Below are positions 38,521 through 47,418 of a DNA stretch of 64,000 bases, piece by piece. How positions within the stretch are numbered: position 1 is the first letter of the stretch; each line of letters begins with the position of its first letter. The translations under genes were made by a program, and so were the position numbers. A model generated the notes under the pieces. It saw nothing but the letters and a program-made list of their open reading frames with translations. It did not search any database and had not been told where the DNA came from. The DNA lies in IMG/VR virus record IMGVR_UViG_3300024054_000362, positions 124,001 through 188,000 of that record. One strand, 5' to 3'.

Positions 38521-38628
38521 ACCTGACGTATCGAGCGTCTCAGGGATGGGTCAGGATCTACTTGATCTAGGCCCCAGAACCGGCTAGATCCTCGAAAATA
38601 CGCTCAAATTCGCCCTAGGAAATCGCAT

Positions 38629-38721
38629 ACTTACAAGTTACTCTCGACAAGTCTGAATAAACTGGTGATCTGAGGCGTCGTTCCTGGCAGAGTTGCCAAG
38701 TAGCTCTCGCTATTTTAATCC
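38629..38721 (+). promoter_or_regulatory. two tandem CTCTCG early motifs; the second is TTGCCA-17-TAATCC
   Basis: AGTTACTCTCGACAAGT (38635-38651) and AGTAGCTCTCGCTATTT (38699-38715). Confidence 0.6.
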
Positions 38722-38749
38722 ACGGCGATTCGCCGCTTCGGAGGATACC

Positions 38750-39196
38750 ATGTCGGCAGGGCAGATTACGGACGGCGCGCAGGCACGCAAGTTCATCTTG
38801 GGCGGTAACGCGCGGGTGACCCTCGTCTCCCAAAGGACGGGCACACGGTTCACGTTCCGTGTCAAGGCGAAGGACATCCCCAAGGCGGGCGCGCCCGAGG
38901 CCCCGTGGTTTGTCTCGCTGCTGCGCGGCCCGGAGAACACCACGGACTACACGTTTCTGGGGACGATCTTCGAGGACCAGACCACATACCGTCACGGGCG
39001 TAAGTCGACCGTCTCGGACGGGGCGCCGAGCGCCAAGGGCTGGGCGTGGGCCTGGTCCTTCCTGGCGAAGGGCGAACTGCCGCCGGGCTGCGAAGTCTGG
39101 CACGAGGGCCGGTGCGGCCGGTGCGGTCGGGCACTCACGGTGCCCGAGTCGATCGAGGCGGGTCTGGGTCCCGAGTGCGCCACGGCGGGGTTCTAG
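38750..39196 (+). CDS. DUF6011 family phage protein
   Basis: FILGGNARVTLVS..TGTRFTFRV...GPENTTDYTFLG...HEGRCGRCGRALTVPESIEAGLGPEC. Confidence 0.85.
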   Translation: MSAGQITDGAQARKFILGGNARVTLVSQRTGTRFTFRVKAKDIPKAGAPEAPWFVSLLRGPENTTDYTFLGTIFEDQTTYRHGRKSTVSDGAPSAKGWAWAWSFLAKGELPPGCEVWHEGRCGRCGRALTVPESIEAGLGPECATAGF

Positions 39197-39198
39197 TC

Positions 39199-39357
39199 AT
39201 GTCCAAGCCCAAGTCCAACAAGAAGTGCACGTGCGAGGGCAAGCTGCTCCCTGCACGGCTCAGTCTAGCACCGCCCTCGATGATCACTGCCTTCTTCAAG
39301 AAGCGCGCGAAGCAGAACAAGCGTCGCGCCGAGCTTCGTCGTCAGAAGGGACGCTAA
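39199..39357 (+). CDS. small basic protein
   Basis: Operon packing. Confidence 0.45.
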   Translation: MSKPKSNKKCTCEGKLLPARLSLAPPSMITAFFKKRAKQNKRRAELRRQKGR

Positions 39358-39360
39358 GCC

Positions 39361-39726
39361 GTGAAGTACTCAGTCCGCTACGTTCACAAGGTCACGCAGA
39401 CGTGCAGCTGCAAGCACGTCGAGGGAAGCCACTACAGCTACGTCGCCGATGCGAAGGCGCCGAACGGTCTGCAATGGACCCGCGGCAAGTGCACCGTGCG
39501 TGACTGTCGTTGTGAGGGCTACGAGCCCGACGTCGAGCACCACGATCTGCCAGACGGCGTGCCGGGCGATCGCAACGCGGTTACCAAGATCCTGTGCGAG
39601 CACCGGCTGCTCAGCGGTGGCCAGAAGCTGCAGGAAGTCCGTCGCAACAACGCCGGCCAGGTCGTGTGCTTCCTCAAGAACAGCACGTTTCACTCGATCA
39701 TCCTCACCCGCTCGAAGGGAGCCTGA
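39361..39726 (+). CDS. hypothetical Cys/His-rich protein
   Basis: CSCKHVEGSH...CTVRDCRCEGY. Confidence 0.6.
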   Translation: MKYSVRYVHKVTQTCSCKHVEGSHYSYVADAKAPNGLQWTRGKCTVRDCRCEGYEPDVEHHDLPDGVPGDRNAVTKILCEHRLLSGGQKLQEVRRNNAGQVVCFLKNSTFHSIILTRSKGA

Positions 39727-39728
39727 AC

Positions 39729-40922
39729 ATGAAGATCACGTCTTTCACGCTCGGCGGCGCGTTCGGCATCGACGCGATTCCGGTCTACATCACGTGCACT
39801 GTCGACGCCGATCGGCTCGATGCGTTCAAGATCACCGGTGTATCGCCGGTGCGCGCCAAGGAAATCGAGGTGCGTGTTCGTTCTGCGATCACGTCAGTCG
39901 GGCTGTGCGCGTGGCCAGTCGGTCAGGTGACGGTCGATGTCGATACCCGAGGCGCCAAGTTCCCTTCGGCAGCGCTCGATCTGCCGGTTGCTTGTGCGAT
40001 CGCGGGCGTGAACGTCGACGGACTGCTCGTCGCGGGCGAGCTTGGACTCGACGGGCGCACGCGTCCCGTGCGCGGCATCGTGCAGGCGACGCTCCTCGCC
40101 AAGAGCCTCGGGCTGCGCGGCGTGCTGATTCCTGCCGACAACGAACGTGACGCGAAGGAAACGATCGGCGATGCGATCGACGTCTATGTGCTCTCGCATC
40201 TCGTCGACTTGAACGGCGACATCGACGTTCTGAAGCTCGAATACACGGTGCGAACGTCGCGCACGAGGGCGACGTGTGACTTCTCCGAAGTCCGTGGACA
40301 GTCGGATGCGGTCTTGGCAATTGCAAACGCAGTCCGCACGCGCAGCAACGTGCTCCTGTCAGGACCGCCGGGCGTCGGAAAGACCATGATCGCGCGCCGG
40401 ATCCCAACGGTGCTCTCCGCGATGACCAAGGACGAACAGATCGACGTGACGGAAGCCTACAGCGCGGTCGGCATGTCCGACGGGCTCGTGACCGAGCGTC
40501 CGTTTCGCGCTCCGCACCATACGGTCTCGGTTTCTGCCTTGACGGGCGGCGGGATCGCGCCGCGTCCGGGCGAGGTTCAACTCGCAACCCACGGCGTGCT
40601 GTTCCTCGACGAAGTCGACCAGTTCTCGCGCGGCGCGATCGATGGTCTGGTCTCGACGCTGAATGCGATGCCGGTGGCGTCGCGGCCCCTCGTGGTCGCA
40701 GCTGCGAACCCCTGCCCGTGCGGCTGGCACGGTTCGACGGTGCGTCCCTGTGCGTGTTCCCCGGGGTCGATCAAGCGGCACGAGACGCGGGTCAACGAAG
40801 TGGCCGGGAAGTTGCGCCTGACGGTTCGTGTGGAGCTGCAGCATGTGGATCTCGCCCAGCTTCGTACGGCGCCGGTCGGCGAGTCGAGCGCGACGATTGC
40901 CGCCCGAATCGCCGGCTGCTAG
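39729..40922 (+). CDS. ComM/YifB-like AAA+ ATPase, shortened
   Basis: GELGLDG, DFSEVRGQ, GPPGVGKTM, RPFRAPHHT, GVLFLDE, ANPCPCG. Confidence 0.88.
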   Translation: MKITSFTLGGAFGIDAIPVYITCTVDADRLDAFKITGVSPVRAKEIEVRVRSAITSVGLCAWPVGQVTVDVDTRGAKFPSAALDLPVACAIAGVNVDGLLVAGELGLDGRTRPVRGIVQATLLAKSLGLRGVLIPADNERDAKETIGDAIDVYVLSHLVDLNGDIDVLKLEYTVRTSRTRATCDFSEVRGQSDAVLAIANAVRTRSNVLLSGPPGVGKTMIARRIPTVLSAMTKDEQIDVTEAYSAVGMSDGLVTERPFRAPHHTVSVSALTGGGIAPRPGEVQLATHGVLFLDEVDQFSRGAIDGLVSTLNAMPVASRPLVVAAANPCPCGWHGSTVRPCACSPGSIKRHETRVNEVAGKLRLTVRVELQHVDLAQLRTAPVGESSATIAARIAGC

Positions 40923-40972
40923 ATTTACTCTCGCTTTGTTGAATAAGATGCCTTCCTCAGGCGTCTACTGTC

Positions 40973-41155
40973 ATGAAAGACAGAAGAATGAGCGACGAGA
41001 ACAACGACAAAGCTCCCTGGGCAGACGACGTGTGGCGTGCCATCTGGGCCCGAATCACGACGCGGCGTGAATGGCGTCGAAAGCGTAACGAGCGTCGCGT
41101 ACAGCGTCGCCTTTGCGCGTTTGCTGAACCCTTCAAAGCTGAAGGGAAAGGATAG
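40973..41155 (+). CDS. small Arg-rich protein
   Basis: Follows the early motif at 40923-40946. Confidence 0.45.
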   Translation: MKDRRMSDENNDKAPWADDVWRAIWARITTRREWRRKRNERRVQRRLCAFAEPFKAEGKG

Positions 41156-41161
41156 AAATCG

Positions 41162-41716
41162 ATGCGCGAGCGAGCAGTCGGTGGGTACGAGCCGGATGAC
41201 GTCGAACAGCGTGAGCTGGTCGAGCTGTGGCACCTCTCGCGGGGGATGGCGCCGTTCAGTGTCGAGCTGCTTTCGAAGCACGGCACGCCGCGCGGCGTCC
41301 GAATCGCGTGGGTGGTCGATGAGTACATGAAGCAGCACGAGGGCAAGCCGAACGTCAAGCGCAAGTGGATCTACGTCTGGTGTGAGGCTGCACTCGGTCA
41401 CTTGGTCGATCGCACGGTCACCGAGGTCGACTCACGCGGGCGCGGCGGCGTGGTCGCCGCTCAGCAGTGGATGTCGTGCTGCACGCATCACGCGACCGGT
41501 GGACCGACAACGGTCGCGTGCTCCGACGAAGTCTGGCACCGCCGCGCGCGAGTTCGCGTCCACGGTGGTGAAGTCACCGTCGGCGTGACTCGTATCTCGG
41601 ACGTCGTGCCGCGCGATGATCTCAAGGTCTGCAAGGAGTGCAAGCTGCCGCGCCTCATGCACGGCACGCCGATGACCAACTGTACTGCGATGACGTCGTC
41701 ACCGAGGAGCAAGTGA
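41162..41716 (+). CDS. hypothetical protein
   Basis: 184-aa coding-like ORF. Confidence 0.55.
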   Translation: MRERAVGGYEPDDVEQRELVELWHLSRGMAPFSVELLSKHGTPRGVRIAWVVDEYMKQHEGKPNVKRKWIYVWCEAALGHLVDRTVTEVDSRGRGGVVAAQQWMSCCTHHATGGPTTVACSDEVWHRRARVRVHGGEVTVGVTRISDVVPRDDLKVCKECKLPRLMHGTPMTNCTAMTSSPRSK

Positions 41717-41918
41717 TGCGAGGCCGACGGAAGCAGTCACCACCGCCTCCCCAGTCACCGCCTTTCCAAAAGGGTATTACGGCGTGGCTTGCAGCGAAGA
41801 CGCAGATGGATACGGACGGACTTACCGTTAATCTATTTCGTCAAGTCGCGAAATGTATGTACGCGGAGTTGGCGGAGGAAGTTTCACCTACGCTCGGTGG
41901 CCGTCAACGTTGGCGGCA

Positions 41919-42506
41919 TCACCCGACGCTTCGAACAGCGGCGCTTCGTGCGAGGCGCAACGCGAGCCAACTGAGTCCGACGACGCTCCCGACTACAACT
42001 AGACCGGCGGCGACCTTTGCACCCGTCGATGACGTCGGCGGCGCGGCTGGCTTCACGAGCGCGAGTTGATCTTTCAACCACTGGTTTGGATCGATCGTGT
42101 TCGGTGGGATGACCCCAAGACGTTGCTTGCGGACCTCCCAGTGCGTGTGCCCAGTGGCCGCGTCGAATTTCGCGAGGAGCGTGCCCTCAAGCACCGTCTG
42201 ACCAGGACGCACCGTGATCGAATTGAAATCGAGATGCGAGAGCAGGTGGAAGAAGCCACTCTTGCCCTGCATTAGTACAACGCCGGGACCGTAGCCGACA
42301 AACGGCGCTGAGTTGCCGTCGGCAACATCGATGACGGTACCGTCCTCGGGTGCGAACACCTGCGGCGCGGTCGCGAACATGTCGACCCCGAAGTGCTGAC
42401 ACGGGAACGTCCCGATGCCGCACGAGCCGTCGGCAGGCGTTTGTCGAACGCACCCGAAGCAACCCGTCCGGTGCGTGTCGAACGGTCCGGTCGGGAAGCG
42501 CGCCAC
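41919..42506 (-). CDS. second M23 family peptidase with C-terminal TM anchor
   Basis: HFGVD, LSHL, GHTHWE, IDPNQWL; KVAAGLVVVGSVVGLSWLALRLAR tail. Confidence 0.85.
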   Translation of the reverse strand: MARFPTGPFDTHRTGCFGCVRQTPADGSCGIGTFPCQHFGVDMFATAPQVFAPEDGTVIDVADGNSAPFVGYGPGVVLMQGKSGFFHLLSHLDFNSITVRPGQTVLEGTLLAKFDAATGHTHWEVRKQRLGVIPPNTIDPNQWLKDQLALVKPAAPPTSSTGAKVAAGLVVVGSVVGLSWLALRLARSAAVRSVG

Positions 42507-42507
42507 G

Positions 42508-43122
42508 TTACGCCGCCCTGCGACGACGCGCCATCACGACGCCGACGGTGATCGAAGCCGCAACGATCGCGCCTGTGATCACGAGTGCGAAGAAGCGCTT
42601 GGGAGGCGATGGCGTCGCATCGGCGAGCATCATCTTCTTGCGCCGGGGGATTACAACCACGCCGACGCGGTCACGGAACTGCCAGCGCTGATCGAATTCG
42701 CGGCGTGAGATCGTGCGACGATTGCCGCGAACGTTCGGGTCCATAACGACCACGTTGGTCGGCTTCACCTTGGTGGCGACGACGAAGTGGCCTTGGCCTG
42801 GACGTGTGAAGCTGCGGATCGCTACGATCACTGGAACATCGCTGTTGGTGTACGACCCCAACTCGTCGATGTTGCTGAAGCGCCGTGTCTGTGCGAAGTA
42901 GTTGCGTCGACGGGCGGCCATCGTGACCTGCCATGCCGTGGAGCCCGCCTTGGGATCGATGCCGATTTCGCGGATCAGAGTCGACTCGTCGACGTGATCG
43001 CCCCAGTGTCCCATCACCGCCTTGAGTGCGGCGGCACCGCACGAGTATGGCTGGATCTGTTGGTAGGGCGCTACCTCACCCAACCCAGCATCACCAAGAC
43101 CTTGGGATTGTAGTGCCAACAT
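42508..43122 (-). CDS. C39 family cysteine peptidase with GLG-containing leader and C-terminal TM anchor
   Basis: QIQPYSCGAAAL (Cys), GHFVV (His), VMDPN (Asp); N-terminal QGLGDAGLG; FALVITGAIVAASITVGVVMARRRR tail. Confidence 0.88.
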   Translation of the reverse strand: MLALQSQGLGDAGLGEVAPYQQIQPYSCGAAALKAVMGHWGDHVDESTLIREIGIDPKAGSTAWQVTMAARRRNYFAQTRRFSNIDELGSYTNSDVPVIVAIRSFTRPGQGHFVVATKVKPTNVVVMDPNVRGNRRTISRREFDQRWQFRDRVGVVVIPRRKKMMLADATPSPPKRFFALVITGAIVAASITVGVVMARRRRAA

Positions 43123-43166
43123 TGTCCGCGTACTTCGAATGGTATCATGCTGCGGTGCCGCGCCAC

Positions 43167-43730
43167 GTGATCACCGCGCCGGACGATCCTCCGACGATGA
43201 CCTGTCCTTCGGGACCGATGGTCTATCTCGCAGGCCCGATCCAGGGCTCGGCGAACTGGCAGATGGAGGCGATCCAAATTCTTGATGATCTGGCGCCTGA
43301 GCTTCACGTCGCGTCGCCGCGGGCGAAGGACTTCAAGGGTGGCGCCGAGAGGTTTCTTGCGTGGGAGCAGCAGGCACTTGTTCGTGCGGCGGCGGACGGC
43401 GTCGTGTTGTTCTGGTTGGCGAAGGAGACCAAGCATCACTGCAGTCGACCGTATGCTGCGAACGCACGCTTCGAACTGGGCGAGCTGGCCGTGAAGGCGG
43501 CCACAGGTCTTTTGTGCGTCGTCGTTGGAATCGAACAAGGTTTCCCGGGCGGGAAGTACTTGCAGCGTCGGTTGACACTCTCGTACCCACAGATTCCGAT
43601 CTGTCGAACACTTCGTCAGACGTGTGCGGTTGCGGCCGAGCGTGCTTGCGTCGACACGCTCTCAGCGGCGCTTCCACGATCGTTGGCCGAGCTGTTCGTG
43701 GTGCCGTCGTTCGGCCGGAACAACGGTTAG
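43167..43730 (+). CDS. nucleoside 2-deoxyribosyltransferase-like / N-glycosidase protein
   Basis: VYLAGPIQG..NWQ...SPR...WEQQAL...VLFW...RFELG. Confidence 0.8.
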   Translation: MITAPDDPPTMTCPSGPMVYLAGPIQGSANWQMEAIQILDDLAPELHVASPRAKDFKGGAERFLAWEQQALVRAAADGVVLFWLAKETKHHCSRPYAANARFELGELAVKAATGLLCVVVGIEQGFPGGKYLQRRLTLSYPQIPICRTLRQTCAVAAERACVDTLSAALPRSLAELFVVPSFGRNNG

Positions 43731-44116
43731 AAGCCAGCGCGCTTGAGTGCTTCGTCGATCTCTTCTTCGACGGCTCTGGCGAGGTTGTGCTTCTGATCGA
43801 TGGTGAGGCGCTTCCACGCCTGTACAGTCATCCTTTCGGGCGACTGCCACTCGAACACGCCGACCATCTGCGTGAGCGCCGCGACCTTGCTCCTGCTTCG
43901 ACTGAATACAACGCGTTCCGCGAGCCACTTCGGGCCGAAGCCGTAGTTGCCTCCGAGCAACCAGCCAACTCGCTCCCCAACAATTTGGGGCGTATCGCGC
44001 ATGGCCTCGAAGAAGTCGTCGCGCGCTGCTTGTCGATCGACGAGCGGAGCTGCGTTGACTTCCTGGGCCTGCCTGCGCGCGATCGCGATCTCGCGCTTCT
44101 CGTAGTCACCGGACAT
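43727..44116 (-). CDS. hypothetical protein
   Basis: 129-aa coding-like ORF. Confidence 0.6.
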   Translation of the reverse strand: MSGDYEKREIAIARRQAQEVNAAPLVDRQAARDDFFEAMRDTPQIVGERVGWLLGGNYGFGPKWLAERVVFSRSRSKVAALTQMVGVFEWQSPERMTVQAWKRLTIDQKHNLARAVEEEIDEALKRAGF

Positions 44117-44119
44117 GAG

Positions 44120-44380
44120 TTACCGATGGCGACGGCGACGGGCGATCTTCTTGAGGGCCATCATCTTGCCGCCGCTTCCGACGACCTTGTACGACGTCTT
44201 GCGCCCGCGCTTCAGCGGACAGACGCGGATTTTGCCGACGGGGCAGTAGCGACCTTTGCCCTTGTAGCGGCGGCCACCGATCTTGATGCTGCAGTCGCTG
44301 GCCGTGAACGTTCGGCAGTAGGCCGACTTGCCGTGCCGAGCAGCCGTGAACCGACGACGACGCTTTCTGCGCTTTGCCAT
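44120..44380 (-). CDS. Arg/Lys-rich small protein with Cys (putative core protein)
   Basis: MAKRRKRRRR...RRRRHR. Confidence 0.65.
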   Translation of the reverse strand: MAKRRKRRRRFTAARHGKSAYCRTFTASDCSIKIGGRRYKGKGRYCPVGKIRVCPLKRGRKTSYKVVGSGGKMMALKKIARRRRHR

Positions 44381-44419
44381 ACCCTATCCATACCATCGAT
44401 CGCGCACGGGAAGCGAGTT

Positions 44420-44446
44420 GATCGCGCGAGCGATCGGGGGTACCGT
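44420..44446 (+). promoter_or_regulatory. putative late promoter, palindrome 44420-44435 + GGGGG + TACCGT
   Basis: Upstream of the 44498 operon. Confidence 0.6.
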
Positions 44447-44497
44447 TCAGGCACCTCGCTCGACTTCGTCGAGCCCGGCTACGGCTAGGAGGCGATC

Positions 44498-44848
44498 ATG
44501 GCTCTGGTTCTGAAACGCGAAGGCGCGTCGCCCAATCTTCTGAAGTACAGCGTCGTGGCCGACGCCGAGGGCGGTGAAGTCGTGTTGAGCCGTGATGCCT
44601 TGATTCGAGACACCGTACGCGGACCCTTGCAGACGTACGTCGAACGCGGTGTTCGCGTCGACGATCCCTGCCGCTACCTCCTGTGCAACCCGTCGATGCG
44701 GACTTTCGTGACGCCACGGACGTTCGCGCGAGTTGCTGTCGACGCGGTCACCGAAGGTCCGTCGTCGGCAGTCGCCTTCAAGATCATGGCAGAGCCCAAC
44801 GCGACTGCGATCGTTGCGCTCGAATTTCGACACACACTCGCAGCGTAA
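44498..44848 (+). CDS. beta-rich hypothetical protein (putative structural)
   Basis: AGGAGG RBS; alternating hydrophobic pattern. Confidence 0.65.
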   Translation: MALVLKREGASPNLLKYSVVADAEGGEVVLSRDALIRDTVRGPLQTYVERGVRVDDPCRYLLCNPSMRTFVTPRTFARVAVDAVTEGPSSAVAFKIMAEPNATAIVALEFRHTLAA

Positions 44849-44857
44849 AGGGACCCC

Positions 44858-45250
44858 ATGAGCAAGAACGCAGGACAACTTCTTTGGAACCGCCAACGGA
44901 TCAATCTCCCGGCGGGAACGACGCAAGTCAACACCGGTCTCACCCAGATCAACCGGTCGTTCGAAAGCGAGTCGATCGGCGAACCACCACTCGGTGTGAC
45001 TGCGGCGCCTCCAGGGCCGGCGCCTGGCACGTTGCCGGCATCACGTGTCCAGGTCATCCCGCTCGCTCAGACGGACAAGTGGGCCAACGTCACCCACGGC
45101 GAGCCGTACCTCAACCCGGCGACGAACACGATTTTCGTCGCGTTTCAGAACGCCTCTGAGATTGGCATCACCGATCTCAACGTCCTGTTCTGGTTGCCGC
45201 ACTCGATGATCGGTCCGGGCGACGCCGATACGTACAACCTCGCGGACTAG
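44858..45250 (+). CDS. putative virion protein, paralog of 49175-49570
   Basis: Near-identical blocks GQLLWNRQR, TGLTQ(I/V)NRSFESESIGEPPLGVT, THGEP, GPGDADTYN. Confidence 0.75.
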   Translation: MSKNAGQLLWNRQRINLPAGTTQVNTGLTQINRSFESESIGEPPLGVTAAPPGPAPGTLPASRVQVIPLAQTDKWANVTHGEPYLNPATNTIFVAFQNASEIGITDLNVLFWLPHSMIGPGDADTYNLAD

Positions 45251-45257
45251 TCGGAAC

Positions 45258-45749
45258 ATGCTCCGGCGGTATTGCTGGAACGATCCATCGACGTTCCTCG
45301 ACGCGCTTCGAGGGGAGGTTCTTCGTCGCGCATCACTCACGCCGTCGTTCTTCTCGCACAACGTCGGCGGTTGGCGCTCCGAAGACGATTTTTTCGAATG
45401 GCCGTTGGAGCAGGCGACACAGCTCCGTGTGCGCTTCGCCGAGATCGTCGGTGAGTTACCGTCGACCAAGGACCCTCATACGTACCGGTATCGTGCATGG
45501 GCGATCGTGAACCGCGCAGGTAGTTTCCACCGCAGACACGTCCACGGAGGATCTATCTGGTCGGGCGTCTTCTATGTCGACGCGGGCGGTCATCCGAGTG
45601 CGCGAACACTTTTCGAAATCGAAGGACGAGTCTTTCACATCGATCCAGAATCGGGCCTGATGACGGTGTTTCCGTCGTGCACACCTCACAGCGTAGAACC
45701 TCACCTCGGCGGCGGCGAACGCGTTACGATCGCCTTTGACGCATATTAG
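45258..45749 (+). CDS. putative 2OG-Fe(II) oxygenase
   Basis: WAIVN...HRRHVH...WSGVFYV...FPS.TPHSV...RVTIAF. Confidence 0.85.
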   Translation: MLRRYCWNDPSTFLDALRGEVLRRASLTPSFFSHNVGGWRSEDDFFEWPLEQATQLRVRFAEIVGELPSTKDPHTYRYRAWAIVNRAGSFHRRHVHGGSIWSGVFYVDAGGHPSARTLFEIEGRVFHIDPESGLMTVFPSCTPHSVEPHLGGGERVTIAFDAY

Positions 45750-45758
45750 GAGGCACAC

Positions 45759-45941
45759 ATGTTAGCGATGACGTTTAGTGGTCCGCGTGGCGGACACGGT
45801 GGAGGGCACGGTGGTGGCGGACATGGCGGTGGACACGGCGGTGGCGGTTTCCGTCGCGGCGGCGGTTTTCGTCGCGGCGGTGGATGGTGGCCCAACTACT
45901 ACGGCTACGGTCCTGAGGTTGTAGTCCTCCCGCCCGTATAG
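45759..45941 (+). CDS. small Gly/His/Arg-rich protein (possible readthrough to 46052)
   Basis: AGGAGG RBS; GGGH and GGGFRR repeats. Confidence 0.6.
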   Translation: MLAMTFSGPRGGHGGGHGGGGHGGGHGGGGFRRGGGFRRGGGWWPNYYGYGPEVVVLPPV

Positions 45942-46038
45942 ACGGACTGTCAGTTCACGATCCGAATGCCGACCGGTGAGCAGATCATCGTGGTTGGTCC
46001 GTGTCCGACGGCGCTGACCCAACCCGTCAACGCGTTGA

Positions 46039-46728
46039 TCACGCCGCGCTGAGCGTTGTCAGCCGGCGTGCCGCGATCAACCAATCGGTGGCTTCATCCG
46101 GGATGGCTGTGTGTTCGGCGTGCGAGAGCGTGCGCCACGACGGTGGTACGTATCGTCGAGGGCTGGTGTTGTTGACGTGCGTCGATGCGATCAGGAAGGT
46201 CCGTGCAGGCATCGCTGGGCGTTCACGGTGTGCGTTGCACCAGAGGACGTCTTCGCCCGAGTCGACGTCATCGAAGGGATGCTTGTGCCAGAGGTCACGT
46301 AGGTATAGGAGCGACGCACCAACAGCTCCGGGAAGCTCGGCCGAATATGTGTACTGCCAGTAGTCGCCGGTTCGCAGGTCGAAGAACGGAAGTGTCCGTA
46401 GTCCTGAAACTGCGACACCGCCCGCACGAAGGACGCCAACCTGCTCTTGAAGTCGCCACGGTGCGTACCAATCGTCGTCATCCCAGTGCGCCACGATGGT
46501 GCCGCGAGCGTGCGTGAGCCCGAGGTTGCGTTTGGCGCCGAGTCTGAGGCCGTCTGTTTCGATGAACCGGATGCGTTCGTCGTTTGGCAGCAGTGACGCG
46601 ATTGGTCGTGGTCCGACGACGATCAGCTCACGATTGTCGTAGGTCTGTGCCTGCCAGCAGCGGAGCGTGAGAGGAATCCAGAGGGCGCGCCGAACGGTCG
46701 TCGGCATGATCGCACTTACGAGTGTCAT
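46039..46728 (-). CDS. family 2 glycosyltransferase
   Basis: VSAIMPT...QTYDNRELIVV...GAKRN...AHWDDDDWY. Confidence 0.88.
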   Translation of the reverse strand: MTLVSAIMPTTVRRALWIPLTLRCWQAQTYDNRELIVVGPRPIASLLPNDERIRFIETDGLRLGAKRNLGLTHARGTIVAHWDDDDWYAPWRLQEQVGVLRAGGVAVSGLRTLPFFDLRTGDYWQYTYSAELPGAVGASLLYLRDLWHKHPFDDVDSGEDVLWCNAHRERPAMPARTFLIASTHVNNTSPRRYVPPSWRTLSHAEHTAIPDEATDWLIAARRLTTLSAA

Positions 46729-46767
46729 CGTTGAAATCGGCGGTGAGGATCTTCATCATACCGTTCG

Positions 46768-47418
46768 ATGCAGGTGATCGTCAGCATGACGTCGATTCCG
46801 GCGCGCAACGGCCGACTCGCGTCGACGCTCGCCTCGTTGCAATCACAGACACGGCTGCCAGACGAGATTCGGCTCTACCTCGGGCCTGGATGTGCGCTCG
46901 TCGCAGACGTGACGTGCGTCGATGTTGAAGATCGCGGGCCGATCACCAAGTTGTCAGCGGTCGTGGATCCAGAAATTCCTGACGACGCGTTGATTGTTAC
47001 CGTCGACGACGACATCCTCTACGAACCGACTTGGCTGGAGACGTTGGTGGCTGCCGCTGAAGCGTCGCCGGGAGCGGTAGTTGGACGTTCGGGCTGGTTG
47101 GTTGCAGACTTCCTGCGTAGCGAGCATCACGGCTACTTCATCTGGGCGCAGGAAGACACGTGCGACGTCCTAGAAGGCTGGGCGGGCGTTGCCTATCGCA
47201 AGAGCTTCTTCGACGGATCCGTACTCGAACCGCCGCCGGAGTTTCGACTTGTCGATGACGTTTGGATCTCTGGTTACCTCTATCGGCGTGGTATCGAACG
47301 TCGCATCGTTCGTCCACCGATGGCCATCCCCGATCCGAAGGGTCTGCCGGGTCTTCACAACAGGTCTGACTTCGTCAAACTCAACCGCAAAGCCGCACGG
47401 ATCGCCTTCGCACCATGA
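46768..47418 (+). CDS. GT-A glycosyltransferase-like protein
   Basis: IVSMTSIPAR...DRGPITKL...VTVDDDILY. Confidence 0.8.
   Translation: MQVIVSMTSIPARNGRLASTLASLQSQTRLPDEIRLYLGPGCALVADVTCVDVEDRGPITKLSAVVDPEIPDDALIVTVDDDILYEPTWLETLVAAAEASPGAVVGRSGWLVADFLRSEHHGYFIWAQEDTCDVLEGWAGVAYRKSFFDGSVLEPPPEFRLVDDVWISGYLYRRGIERRIVRPPMAIPDPKGLPGLHNRSDFVKLNRKAARIAFAP

Noticed and set aside
41716-42069. ORF MRGRRKQSPPP...
   Set aside because: Its 3' part overlaps the convergent M23 gene by about 150 nt and reads as a shadow; only the 5' part may be real.
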